A program made the position numbers and the translations under genes. From contig OZ245011.1 in the NCBI GenBank assembly GCA_965223665.1, forward strand, positions 1,792,001-1,856,000: a stretch of DNA of 64,000 bases. The letters are read 5' to 3'. Source of the stretch: Nitrospinaceae bacterium (GTDB lineage Bacteria; Nitrospinota; Nitrospinia; Nitrospinales; Nitrospinaceae). Below the pieces are notes generated by a model. The model was not told the origin of the DNA, did no database searches, and saw only the letters and a program-made list of their open reading frames with translations. This document shows, one piece after another, positions 28,312-38,503 of this stretch. Positions within the stretch are counted from its first letter, which is position 1. Each line of letters begins with the position of its first letter.

Positions 28312-28490
28312 GACGGTTAGGCCAGTCGCCGATCCGGAAACTCAAAATCATCTCCGGATACCCCTTTTACTAAATTACCTGCCACCGTTGCGGCAATTTA
28401 TCCGGCTTCCATTCTGGCACCCGGTGCCAGAAAAAACTTTAACTACAATGGAATGGCGAAATTACAACCGCCCGACTGGCCCATCCGCTC
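28312..28490 (-). ncRNA. Candidate structured cis-regulatory or small RNA upstream of the carbonic anhydrase
   Basis: Terminal stem ggccagtcg/cgactggcc enclosing several hairpins; U run follows on the minus strand. Confidence 0.35.
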
Positions 28491-28693
28491 CAATTCGATA
28501 TTTGAATTTTTGTATTCATTTTTTTTCAACTCAAACCCAAAATTCTTAAATATGGAACTGCGGTCTTGGGGGGGAAAGCCTCATTTCGGCTTACCCTTTT
28601 TACCTTTCTGTAAGTTTAGAGGTTAATTAGTTTATTAAGTTCCTTAAATGTTTTTATGATATAATTTGATTTAATTAAACATTAGGAGGGCCT

Positions 28694-29614
28694 ATGATCT
28701 GGTTGAATTATCAACATTTACGTTACTTTCAAGTCGTCGCGCAGGAAGGAAGTATCGTCCGTGCCTCCGAGAAATTGAACCTGGGACAACCGGCCATCAG
28801 CATCCAGCTCAAAGAATTGGAAAACCAACTCGGGCACACACTTTTTGAACGCAGAAACCGAAAATTAATTCTGACCCAGGCGGGAAAAGTGACTCTGGAA
28901 TACGCCAATCTTATTTTTAATTTGGGGGATGAGCTGAAAGAAGTTTTGCAGGATGGATCCTTCAAAAAGAAAGTGCACCTGGAAGTCGGGGTTCTGGACA
29001 GCATTCCCAAAACTATTATTCAACACCTGACCGATGCCGCTCGAGATTGGGGTCCGTGCACTGTAACCATTTTGGAAGGACCCGGCGATTTTCTTTTTCG
29101 GGAACTGTTAGCCCATCGAATAGATCTTGCGATTACCGACTACCAGCCTGATATTAGCGATGCAAAACGTTTTAACATTCGATCCCTGGGAAAACACAAA
29201 ATGACCGTATTCGGTGCGCGCAAATTCAAAAACCTTGCGAAAAATTTTCCGGCGTCGCTAAAGGGACAACCTTTTCTGCTACCGACACTTCACAGCAAAC
29301 GCCGGCACGACCTGGATCACTATTTCCAAACGCGCAAACTGAATGTGGAAGTGGCAATGGAAACGCAGGATATCAGTGTTCAAAAGTTGATGGGAATTTC
29401 CGGAATGGGTATGATTGCCGTTCCCGATTACGCCGGTCAGGGTTTGGTGAAGGACAAAAAACTGTTTCCCATAGGGGTTATGGAAAACGTTCACGAAGAA
29501 ACGTTTCTGGTGTCATCGCCAAGAACCATCACCAACCCCGTCGCTGATTTTCTGATGGAGGAGTTCGACCTGTTGTTCCACCAGGCCACCAAACCCGAAT
29601 CCTCAGAACTTTAA
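28694..29614 (+). CDS. nhaR: LysR-family regulator, NhaR-like
   Basis: WLNYQHLRYF.VVA.EGSI.RASEKL HTH; VG..DSIPK, ELLAHRIDL, P.SL.GQPFLLPT. Confidence 0.75.
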   Translation: MIWLNYQHLRYFQVVAQEGSIVRASEKLNLGQPAISIQLKELENQLGHTLFERRNRKLILTQAGKVTLEYANLIFNLGDELKEVLQDGSFKKKVHLEVGVLDSIPKTIIQHLTDAARDWGPCTVTILEGPGDFLFRELLAHRIDLAITDYQPDISDAKRFNIRSLGKHKMTVFGARKFKNLAKNFPASLKGQPFLLPTLHSKRRHDLDHYFQTRKLNVEVAMETQDISVQKLMGISGMGMIAVPDYAGQGLVKDKKLFPIGVMENVHEETFLVSSPRTITNPVADFLMEEFDLLFHQATKPESSEL

Positions 29615-29733
29615 AAAAGAGCGGGGTGGGCTCTATAAGATAGATAGAGCTATTTTATACACCATGGGATTCATCGGCCTGAGATTGTCTCATGGATAAA
29701 AGTAAGTCATGAAATAATGACTCAACTTTATCT

Positions 29734-31899
29734 TTAATTTTGTCCGGCTCTTTGCAACATTTGGCGAATCTGATTTGTTTTGGCAACCTTAAGAGCGGTC
29801 TCGCCATTTTTGGTTTGAAGACTTACATTGGCTCCCTTATCCAGCAACAACTGAACTATTTGGGTAAAACCCCTCTCTGACGCCATCATTAAGGCCGACC
29901 ATCCTTCACTGGTTTGGAGATCTGCGTTGGCTCCCTTGTCTAATAACAACTGAACTATTTCGGGGGCGCCCTTTTCAGACCCTTTCATTAAAGCCGTCGA
30001 TCCCTTACTCGATTGGAGGTCTACGTTGGCTCCCTTATTCAACAACAACTTCAGTATTTCTGTATGACCTTCTTGAGACGCCATATATAAAGCCGTGAAT
30101 CCCCCATTGGATTGAAGATTCAGGTTTGCTGTCCTGTCTAAAAATAATTTCACGATTTCTGTATGACCATTCTTGGAAGCTATCATTAAGGACGTCCAAC
30201 CTTTATTGACTTGAAGATTTATGTCGGCTCCTTTTTCCAACAACAACTGCACTATTTGGGCATGACCGTTTTGTGACGCAACATATACCGGCGTCCATCC
30301 TTTGTCGACTTTTAGATTCGGGTCAGCCCCCTTATCCAATAACAACCGCGCTGATTCTGTATGACCATTTTGTGACGCTAAATATAAGGCGGTCCAACCG
30401 TCATTTGATTTAAGATCCGGCTTGGCTCCCTTGTCCAACAACAACTGCACTATTTCGCTATAACCCTTATCCGCGGCTATCGTTAAGGCTCTCCATCCGT
30501 CACCTGCGGGAAAATCTATATTGGCTCCCTTATCTAATAACAACTGCACTACCTGGGTATGCCCCTTATCCGAAGCTGCCATTAAGGCCGTAGATCCTTT
30601 TTTGGTTGGAATATCTGTGTTGGCTCCTTTATCCAGCAACAACTTCACGATTTCTGTAAAATTCTTTTGTGACGCTACATATAAAGCCGTCCATCCTTTT
30701 TTGGCTTGAAGATCGGTGTTAGCTCCCTTTTCCAGCAACAACTTGACGATTTCTGTACGACCAAACTCAGAGGCTACCATTAAGGCCGTCCACCCCTCTT
30801 TTGCTTGAAGATTGATGTTAGCTCCCTTATCCAGCAACATCTTCACGATTTCTGTTTGACCTACTTGTGACGCTACGTATAAGGCCGTGTATCCCTTATC
30901 AGATTGAAGATTTGCGTTGGCCCCCTTATCCAGCAACATCTTGACGATTTCTTTATGACCATCCTGGGCTGCCATATATAAGGCGGGTACTCCTTTTTTG
31001 GATTGAATATCTACGTTGGCTCCCTTATTCAATAACAACTCGACTATTTTTCCATGACCCTCCTGAGACGCAATTTTTAAGGCCGTCGCACCTTGATTTT
31101 CCTGCAAATCCACCTGGGCTCCCTTATCCAGCAACAACTTTACAATTTCTGTATGGCCATCCTTAGTCGCCAGCATTAGGGCCGTCCATCCGTTATCGGT
31201 TTGAAGATCTGTGTTGGCTCCCTTATCCAGCAACAACTGCACTATTTCTTTGCGTCCATCCTGAGACGCTCTCGTTAAGGCGGTCCATTTTTTATTTACC
31301 TGAAGATCTACGTTGGCTCCCTTACTCAGCAACAACTGGACTATTTTTGCATGACCCTCCTGAGACGCCAGATATAAGGCCGTCCACCCTTTGTTAGCTT
31401 GAAGATTTACCTTGGCTCCCTTGTCTAACAACAACTGCGCTATTTTTAAATGACCATACTCAGACACCACTATTAAGGCCGTCCATCCTTTATCGTTTCG
31501 AATATTTACATTTGCTCCCTTATCCAGCAACAACTGCGCTATTTCTGCAAAACCATTTTGTGACGCTATCATTAAGGCCGTCCACCCTTTCGTTGACTGA
31601 AAATTTACGTCTACTCCTTGTGACAACAATGATTTTACCTGCGCTATTTTATTATTAAATGTTGCCTCTATTAAGCGCCTTTCATTTTGAGATGAAGATA
31701 ATGGTTTGGCTTTTGAAGTTGAAAGAGGTTTATTGGAAAGGCTGGGGCTTTTTTGACTTGTCGAACAGGACGTTAAAAACAAACCTGCTAAAAAAATAAC
31801 GAGCAAAAAATATTTAGAAAGTAACTTAACGGTATGATCCGTACGGTTCGGGTAAGAGTATTGACGGGTTCCTTCCATTATCCTCAGATGCCTCCACAT
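29734..31899 (-). CDS. Ankyrin-repeat lipoprotein (about 19 repeats)
   Basis: Lipobox LTSC; 33-aa GWTAL..AS..GH.EIV.LLLDKGA repeats (99-bp DNA period). Confidence 0.95.
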   Translation of the reverse strand: MWRHLRIMEGTRQYSYPNRTDHTVKLLSKYFLLVIFLAGLFLTSCSTSQKSPSLSNKPLSTSKAKPLSSSQNERRLIEATFNNKIAQVKSLLSQGVDVNFQSTKGWTALMIASQNGFAEIAQLLLDKGANVNIRNDKGWTALIVVSEYGHLKIAQLLLDKGAKVNLQANKGWTALYLASQEGHAKIVQLLLSKGANVDLQVNKKWTALTRASQDGRKEIVQLLLDKGANTDLQTDNGWTALMLATKDGHTEIVKLLLDKGAQVDLQENQGATALKIASQEGHGKIVELLLNKGANVDIQSKKGVPALYMAAQDGHKEIVKMLLDKGANANLQSDKGYTALYVASQVGQTEIVKMLLDKGANINLQAKEGWTALMVASEFGRTEIVKLLLEKGANTDLQAKKGWTALYVASQKNFTEIVKLLLDKGANTDIPTKKGSTALMAASDKGHTQVVQLLLDKGANIDFPAGDGWRALTIAADKGYSEIVQLLLDKGAKPDLKSNDGWTALYLASQNGHTESARLLLDKGADPNLKVDKGWTPVYVASQNGHAQIVQLLLEKGADINLQVNKGWTSLMIASKNGHTEIVKLFLDRTANLNLQSNGGFTALYMASQEGHTEILKLLLNKGANVDLQSSKGSTALMKGSEKGAPEIVQLLLDKGANADLQTSEGWSALMMASERGFTQIVQLLLDKGANVSLQTKNGETALKVAKTNQIRQMLQRAGQN

Positions 31900-32073
31900 T
31901 TTTAGTCCAAATTGAATAACAGAATACTACAACAGGCAGAAATTTTAGTGAAATACTAATTTGGGAAAGCTGAATTGCCAGGTATGTATAAAAATTATGT
32001 CGGGAAGAGAAATGGGTTAGAAAGAGGAAAGTAATATCGGATGCACTTTATTTTTGTTATGAAATTTTTTTCT

Positions 32074-32487
32074 TTAATCACCGCCACCATCACAGCCCCC
32101 AAAATCACCTGCCGAAAACCCTCCCCCATCGGTCCCGTCAAATGAAAACCCGGAATCTAATTGGCTTCCCCTATAATTCACATCCATTGCGTTAAAATCA
32201 CAATTTCCGTCAAAATACTTATCGCCAAGTTCCTGTCTCAGAGTTTGGTAATCCAACCCGATTCCACTTCCCTTTAATGCTTCGTTAAACGTGTCCTCCA
32301 TACAAAACAGCGCATAACCGTAGTGAATATAGTTATCGTTTAAGCCGACGATTCGGCTGGATGATTTAACTTGCTGAGGGGTATACGCACTGGACTTTCC
32401 ATACCTTTTTTCCAGCATGGGACCCAGTTTTTTTAAATACCCTTTTAAAGCAAAATGTTTTTTGATTCGCTCAAACATACTAATCAC
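32074..32487 (-). CDS. Hypothetical protein (DUF6559-like) with Gly/Asp-rich tail
   Basis: YLKKLGPML.KRYG....YT..QV pattern; GGCDGGGD tail. Confidence 0.65.
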   Translation of the reverse strand: MISMFERIKKHFALKGYLKKLGPMLEKRYGKSSAYTPQQVKSSSRIVGLNDNYIHYGYALFCMEDTFNEALKGSGIGLDYQTLRQELGDKYFDGNCDFNAMDVNYRGSQLDSGFSFDGTDGGGFSAGDFGGCDGGGD

Positions 32488-32780
32488 TATTTGTTAAAAA
32501 AAGTTTTGTTGGCTTGGTAATACTAGAATAACAAAAGATTTAAGAAGAGATAGGGCAAATTGGGCTACGACCTTTTTTTATTATCATCATTCCAATTTTT
32601 TGCGGACTTAAGTTTTGAGGAAAGCATTCTAATTGCGGTGGTTCCAAAGACTTATAAACTATGTGTCAGAACACTTAAAAAAATATCGAGTAGGTTCTAT
32701 AATATAGAAACACAATTCAATTTTCTCTCATCTCAGGTCCGGTAAAAATCGGAACCGGGACCTGCTCTTTTTTCGAACCA

Positions 32781-33206
32781 TTAAAACCTCAACTTGAAAA
32801 GTGTGGCGGCCTGGGAATGGGAACTTGGCTTCTCCGGAATGAAAGGATCCACAATATTCGGTTCAGAGGTTGGACTTAAAAAGGTGGAGGGTTGTATTTT
32901 TGACATGGACATTTCAGAATCCACTTCTTTATTTTTACCCACGGTCTGAGCCTTATCTCGGCTCACCGTAAATTCATTCTCTGTCATTCTTTGGGGACCC
33001 AGCAATTCCCAAATAGAAACTTTTCTTTTCTTTGGCTTGGCTTTTACATCCAGTCTGGCCACTTCCACTTCATTTTGTATTTTGCGGTTCTTTGAGGCAA
33101 TCCCTCGGGTGGGCTCTTCTGCACCGGCAACGCCTAACCCGCAACCAGTTGAAATCGTTAGCGTTATTAAGGTGGAACTGAGTATATTTTTTGTGGTGGC
33201 TTTCAT
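32781..33206 (-). CDS. Hypothetical secreted protein, predicted target of the OmpR/CpxR-like regulator
   Basis: AAAGGAG RBS before ATG 33206; signal peptide; ends in FKLRF. Confidence 0.7.
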   Translation of the reverse strand: MKATTKNILSSTLITLTISTGCGLGVAGAEEPTRGIASKNRKIQNEVEVARLDVKAKPKKRKVSIWELLGPQRMTENEFTVSRDKAQTVGKNKEVDSEMSMSKIQPSTFLSPTSEPNIVDPFIPEKPSSHSQAATLFKLRF

Positions 33207-33244
33207 TTTTGTACTCCTTTCGTTTTCATTTTGAAACCGAATAT

Positions 33245-33308
33245 AGAGTAGTCTGATTAGCCGAATGATTCCTTTCATAAAAGTAACGATTTGTTTCATT
33301 TTGTAACA
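33245..33308 (-). promoter_or_regulatory. OmpR/CpxR-type direct-repeat boxes and promoter (copy 1)
   Basis: + strand GTAAC-N5-GTTTC-N5-GTAAC; matches 44996-45059 with identical spacing to the -10. Confidence 0.7.
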
Positions 33309-33556
33309 AATATGTGGGAGGCGACTGGGAAAAGGGGGACTTTCGGTTTGGCCGCAAAGAGAGGAACCGTACTCAAAAAAATAGAAACGCTACTTGGCGT
33401 GGGGACCGGTGATGGCGCGACTGTCCGGGTCAGCAAACGGAATGAGGCAACAGAGGCTATCTAATTTTCGATACGATACTAACTGTCAGCGCTTACCGTG
33501 GAAGGGTGGAGCCAATCTGCCAGGCATCTATCGCATAACCTCAGCATTTGGATATT

Positions 33557-34135
33557 TTATTTCTTGTGACCGGAAACTACGCACTCGCCGCTGTCCAGAC
33601 TTTCCTGCATCGGGTTTCTTATTTCCTTGCCCTCAATGAAATAACGATTTTTCGTGACCGGCTTGCCATCAACAAAATGGGTCGAGGATTTTATACGGGC
33701 ATTTTTGTAACGGGTGCTGTTTTGGAAGTAGTCCGCCATGTCGTTGAGCCGGTCTGGCGGAAAATGACAATCCATCTTTCCACCCTTGGGCATGCTAACC
33801 ACGTAATTGCATTTCTCATTTTTCATGCCGGTGATGCGCCGTTCCAATTTTTCACCGGTCCACGGGTGGACATAAGGCTGTACGAAGGCAGCGCAATCTT
33901 TAATTTTTGATGCAAGCACTCGCAATTCTTTCGCTTCGCATTCATCTGCTTGAGAGTCCCAGATTTCATCTGAGAGACTTTTGGACAATTCCATACAGGC
34001 CGGCGCCAACGGGTCCTGCCTGGTCATGTTAAGACATTCACACACGGTGACTTTATTTTTACCGGCCTCGGATGTCGAAGTGGTTCCAGACCAGGGTGCA
34101 AGAAATATCAGAGCAATAATTAACAATCGTTTCAT
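33557..34135 (-). CDS. Cys-rich secreted hypothetical protein
   Basis: Signal peptide, 8 Cys, RBS GGGAG. Confidence 0.7.
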   Translation of the reverse strand: MKRLLIIALIFLAPWSGTTSTSEAGKNKVTVCECLNMTRQDPLAPACMELSKSLSDEIWDSQADECEAKELRVLASKIKDCAAFVQPYVHPWTGEKLERRITGMKNEKCNYVVSMPKGGKMDCHFPPDRLNDMADYFQNSTRYKNARIKSSTHFVDGKPVTKNRYFIEGKEIRNPMQESLDSGECVVSGHKK

Positions 34136-34228
34136 AATCGACTCCCTTCTTCAGTTTCTTCACAGGCAATAAATTTTATATAGTGGTTGAAAGCTCAATT
34201 AATCCAGAAATAAAAAGGACACGAAAAA

Positions 34229-36664
34229 TTATTCGCGCTCTACCATAATGACAACAGAACCGGTTTGAGCTTTCTTGCCGGCTATCTCGATAACATGTGG
34301 TCCGGAGGATTGCAAAGTCACTGGTTTGGCTTTTAAACAAACCGGCGCTTCGAACAGGCGTTTTACCACATCGCCCTTGGCATCCGGGCCGATGATCCGC
34401 CAGACAATGTTACAGTCCTTGTTACTACTCGTCGGGTCCGCTAACGTCAGTTTCTCGCCCGCCTTGCCGTTAAAAGAAAATTGTACGCGTTGGCCCGGTG
34501 CTGCAATTGAACCGTCGAGGTTCTCGCCAAAGCGCAACGCTTCGACCTTTGGCTCAGGCACCTTAAAGGTTGTGACTGAAACCTTACCCGTAGCCGCCTT
34601 TTTGCCATCTATTTCCAGAATATGGGAGCCGGTGCCGGGTACCGTTACCGCACCGGTATCAAGGCAAACCGGCCCTTCGAAAACGGTGTTACGTTTGTCA
34701 CCGATACTGACAATCCGCCAGACGATTTTACAATTCTTGTTTCTTCTCTCGGGATTAACCAGCACCAGCTGATCACCGGCATTAGCATTAAAACTAAACT
34801 GCGCAACCGCGCCGGGTATATTGATTGAAGCGTCCTGCGGTTCACCGAACTTCAAATCCGCTTTCCGCGGTTCCGGCACGCGAACCATCTCGATACTGTA
34901 GGGACCTGTCTTTTTACCCGCATCGATAGTAACGGTTATAGTTTCCCCGCTGGGTATATCGATCGGGTCCGTCGCCAGACAGCTTGTACCCTGAAACAGT
35001 TGCGTTTCCCCGCTGAGCACGGCCCATTTGAAACCGCAATCGTTATCGCCTTCGGGGTCCATCAACAGAAGTTGATTCCCGTTTTCGACACGCAACCTGT
35101 AGGTATCCACCTGGCCGGGCGTTAACAGGTTACCATCATAGCGTTGCCGCTCGCCGAGACGCTCTGTATTTGAGCTTCCTTCAGCAGTTTTTCCCAGCAC
35201 AAAACCACCCTTGATACCGGCCGGAATATCGATCTCGAATAGCTTCGCATCCTCAACCTGCAGACGAGGCTCGGCGATGCACAGTGAACCCGTCGCTAAG
35301 ATCTTCTCCTTGCTATCAAGAATTGACCAGCGTGCAGCGCAGATTGACGCGTTGGTCCCTTCGACGACCTCAAGCCCCGTGTTGCGAAAAAATAATGTAC
35401 TGCCGTCGGATTTTTCCAGCGACCATCGCTTCCGTTGTCTGACTTTAGCTGCAGAGATTTCGACAGGCACGTTCAGTTTAAGCGCACCCCCATCGACTGT
35501 AGTAACTTCAGGAGGTGCAGCCGCGTTTTTATCCACATCCGCAATATTAGCCATATCTACAATATCAGTATTTGCCCATAACACATCACCGGTGAGTCCA
35601 ACGTCAAAGATGCATCCATCCTGCACCGGCCCCGGAGGAAGCCCCAGGTCTCCACACGTTTTGGACGCCTTGGCAACCGCATCAGCTGGCAGTGATTGGC
35701 GAGTCACAATCGTTTGTGGTTGGATGGACCCGAGGTCCGCCGACTCAAAAGGTTTTTTGAATAAAGAGCGCTCGCCGCTAGCCAACCAGTCCTCCAGAAA
35801 TTCGCCATAAAGCGCGTCGGTGTCAGCCGGGTCAATGGTTTTTCCATTATTTAACGCTACATCGTTGGCGGGATCTCCATCCCCGTTTCCCAGTAACCCG
35901 GCAAAGTCCCCCGACCATTCAGATGGGACTCGCAGGTTGATCGTGCGGCCACCTACAGTCGACAACGCCAATCCATTTTTAAACCGAAGCAAAAACCACT
36001 GTCGAAACCTTTGAATATGAATATCGTCGTCTTTGTAGGTGCCACCATCCAGGAACGGAATTGGTCGTCCATCCACAACGATCGGTACTGAATCCTCCGG
36101 CCCTGCTTCGAACAGGGTGACCACGCGATCTCCAACTCTGACCGCCAGGCCACGTGCAAAGGTAGCCCCGGGATTTACGGTTAACCTGGCAAAGCGCGCC
36201 TGCACTTCCACGTTACCCGCGGTATTACGTAACAACACATAATCGCCGGCACCCTGAAAATCGTAATAGCGTCCATCGAGTGTCTTCAGGTGCGGATCCC
36301 CAAACAGCCAGGCTATTAAGCCCTCCTCTTCTTCCTCCTCTGGTTCACCTCCGGGATAGTTTCTCGGATCATCAACAGGCCTCGGGGCAGATTCACCCAT
36401 CCCCTCCTCGAAGCAGCGCTTGACCATATCGCCCGGACTCTCAGTTATTTCAAGGCCGACCGCACCCCCTACTACACTACCCCACGGACCGAATCGGCCA
36501 AACGGAGCGGGAATCACGCTACCTGCGATTTGTTCGGCCACTTGCGCCATACTGCCGCACTCGGTTTCCGCCTTAGCGGATTGGACGACCAGCAGACAGA
36601 ATCCAAACACCATAAGCGCAAGTTGCGTTCGAAAGGACAATTTGTTTTGCGTGGACCTACTCAT
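34229..36664 (-). CDS. Secreted VWD-domain protein with C-terminal PPC-like beta-sandwich repeats
   Basis: FGDPHLKTLDGRYYDFQGAGDY, VQAR, GLLGNGDGDPAND, CIFDVGLTGD; repeated PG..QFSFN..AG..L.L..P..NKxC. Confidence 0.85.
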   Translation of the reverse strand: MSRSTQNKLSFRTQLALMVFGFCLLVVQSAKAETECGSMAQVAEQIAGSVIPAPFGRFGPWGSVVGGAVGLEITESPGDMVKRCFEEGMGESAPRPVDDPRNYPGGEPEEEEEEGLIAWLFGDPHLKTLDGRYYDFQGAGDYVLLRNTAGNVEVQARFARLTVNPGATFARGLAVRVGDRVVTLFEAGPEDSVPIVVDGRPIPFLDGGTYKDDDIHIQRFRQWFLLRFKNGLALSTVGGRTINLRVPSEWSGDFAGLLGNGDGDPANDVALNNGKTIDPADTDALYGEFLEDWLASGERSLFKKPFESADLGSIQPQTIVTRQSLPADAVAKASKTCGDLGLPPGPVQDGCIFDVGLTGDVLWANTDIVDMANIADVDKNAAAPPEVTTVDGGALKLNVPVEISAAKVRQRKRWSLEKSDGSTLFFRNTGLEVVEGTNASICAARWSILDSKEKILATGSLCIAEPRLQVEDAKLFEIDIPAGIKGGFVLGKTAEGSSNTERLGERQRYDGNLLTPGQVDTYRLRVENGNQLLLMDPEGDNDCGFKWAVLSGETQLFQGTSCLATDPIDIPSGETITVTIDAGKKTGPYSIEMVRVPEPRKADLKFGEPQDASINIPGAVAQFSFNANAGDQLVLVNPERRNKNCKIVWRIVSIGDKRNTVFEGPVCLDTGAVTVPGTGSHILEIDGKKAATGKVSVTTFKVPEPKVEALRFGENLDGSIAAPGQRVQFSFNGKAGEKLTLADPTSSNKDCNIVWRIIGPDAKGDVVKRLFEAPVCLKAKPVTLQSSGPHVIEIAGKKAQTGSVVIMVERE

Positions 36665-37533
36665 TTCTCAACCCTATACTCATGCTCAACGACTTTTGAT
36701 ACCTGCATATCGACTTCTTCACCGTTCCGGGTTGTCTTTGCCTTGAAGAAAACATTGACCTGGCTCTTGACCTGCCGGGCGATGAGCAAATGTCGGTCCC
36801 AGGTTCCTGAAGCCACAACGCTGACAGTCGAATCCTTCATTTCATTTTGCATCGATACTTTTGCGGTCAGTTCGAGTTCGTTTATAGAATCCAATTGGAT
36901 CTCTACGGGGGACGGGTACTCTGCGTCGGCGTATGTCCATTTGGCACCAGAGCCGACAGGTTCGCCGGGAACCATTAAGAACAGAGCCGGTGTATTGAGG
37001 AGTTCAGAGTGCCGATCCTTACTTAAAACCGATGGCGGTTCCACTTTCGTCAGTACGCCATTAGAGCTCAGTCGCCATTCCCAGGATCCTGTGTTGCCCT
37101 TGCGGCTGCCGACTTTCGTTGCCTGGAACCGCGCTACAAGGTCCCTGGAGGTTTCTGGCCCAACCAGGCGCACTCCCAGTTGGTAGCGAGAGTCATAGGC
37201 ATCGCTAAATGGCTTATCGCCTATCGTTCCTTCAGTCACACTGCTTGCCGAGACATTTACTTTGACCGGTGTGGTTTGATCGATGCTTATTAAGAAGCGC
37301 GGTTCCGAGCCAGCCTCTATGAGGCGGACACCGTTGAAGTCAACCCGATCCCGATTGACGTTTGTTTCTGATTTGGTCTCAGGTTTTGGCTCGGGTTTTT
37401 TCTCTGAGGCCGCTTTATCTTTGCTTGCACCGGGTTCATCATGGTTGTCGTCTTTGCCTGAGCAGGCACTCAGCGTTAAAACGACGGCCGAAGCTATGAA
37501 TAAATGCAGTATCTTTAATGGTAAGTTATTCAC
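36661..37533 (-). CDS. Hypothetical lipoprotein, coupled to the VWD gene
   Basis: Lipobox LSAC; LIEAGSEPR and P.EPVGSGAKW motifs; 4-bp overlap. Confidence 0.75.
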   Translation of the reverse strand: MNNLPLKILHLFIASAVVLTLSACSGKDDNHDEPGASKDKAASEKKPEPKPETKSETNVNRDRVDFNGVRLIEAGSEPRFLISIDQTTPVKVNVSASSVTEGTIGDKPFSDAYDSRYQLGVRLVGPETSRDLVARFQATKVGSRKGNTGSWEWRLSSNGVLTKVEPPSVLSKDRHSELLNTPALFLMVPGEPVGSGAKWTYADAEYPSPVEIQLDSINELELTAKVSMQNEMKDSTVSVVASGTWDRHLLIARQVKSQVNVFFKAKTTRNGEEVDMQVSKVVEHEYRVEK

Positions 37534-38091
37534 TTGAGTATGGCAGCGTTAAAGAAAAGTATTTTACTGACTGGAAAGCACTTCGCACTACGGCAATGGA
37601 AACCTATTACCGTCAGCGACGAATAAAGCGATTATAAACACCCTCTCTCCCGGAATCAACCGCCGGATTTAACTCCGTTTAAGGACATGGCCGAACGCGA
37701 TCTTGAATGTATCTTCAACTACGTACAAATCATTAGCAGCTTCCTGTGCCTCTGTCAGCTAAATACCAGCACTCAACAGGAAGATAAAGCAGACGTAGTT
37801 ATTTTTTGAGACAAAATGATTTAGGAAACAGAGAGCGTTTTGGCACAATCTATCTGTCGCTCACCTCAATAAAAGGCTTATTTTGAAACAGAATTGGGTA
37901 TTCCGGGTAAAACATGTTAGGCATTGGATTACTTGCTGCCCAATTTGTTTTCTATCTAATCAAGTTTTTTCCAAAAACTTTTATGGGATTCATCATTGGG
38001 TTTCCGGAGGTTTTAAAATTAAAACAGAACTTCTCAGTTCTGAACAAAACCTAATAAATTTGAAATAAGGATACCGCCCCGAGTTCTTGGC

Positions 38092-38463
38092 CTAGGGCTT
38101 CGTTAGCCATAGTCGTATAATGACACCATTCCGACGGATTACAACATCATTGGACCTGCGAATCTCGTAATCAATATTGACCCGCCAATTGTTGTTAAAT
38201 GCATCACGCAACAAATCCAACATTCCCTGCCGAACTAGTCGGTTTTGGTCATTTCGCAGTTGAAAGCCGAATGCGCCTTGGTGCCCTGCAAATTTGGCCA
38301 CAACTTCGACGTCAATCTGATCACCATTAGGGCCAAACCCTGTGCCCATATTATGGACACGGAGCAGTGTCAACTGGGCATTGCTAATGTTGCGAAGCTC
38401 GGCCTCAGCCGTACCTGTGTTTAACAAAAGTATGGCCAAAAAAGCTAAAATAAAAGTCTTCAT
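38092..38463 (-). CDS. Small secreted protein, putative OB-fold similar to AB5-toxin B subunits; paralog of the C-terminal domain of the upstream gene
   Basis: 21-aa signal (AEA), RBS GGGAG; LTLLRVHNMGTGFGP..MLDLLRDAF..VNIDYE. Confidence 0.75.
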   Translation of the reverse strand: MKTFILAFLAILLLNTGTAEAELRNISNAQLTLLRVHNMGTGFGPNGDQIDVEVVAKFAGHQGAFGFQLRNDQNRLVRQGMLDLLRDAFNNNWRVNIDYEIRRSNDVVIRRNGVIIRLWLTKP

Positions 38464-38503
38464 AAAGTTATGCTCCCAAAAGAGGAACTCAATAGATTAA
38501 ATA

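Noticed and set aside
29734-31899. Regular 99-bp repeats (also 126-bp repeats at about 51000-51780) as a CRISPR or other DNA array
   Set aside because: Fully explained by ankyrin and TPR coding repeats
34275-37186. Long + strand ORFs antisense to the VWD and lipoprotein genes (and similar shadow ORFs elsewhere)
   Set aside because: They are antisense shadows of well-supported genes and show no motifs of their own
37540-37870. Possible decayed secreted-protein gene between the lipoprotein and the B-subunit-like gene
   Set aside because: Only short stop-interrupted frames with no identifiable homology
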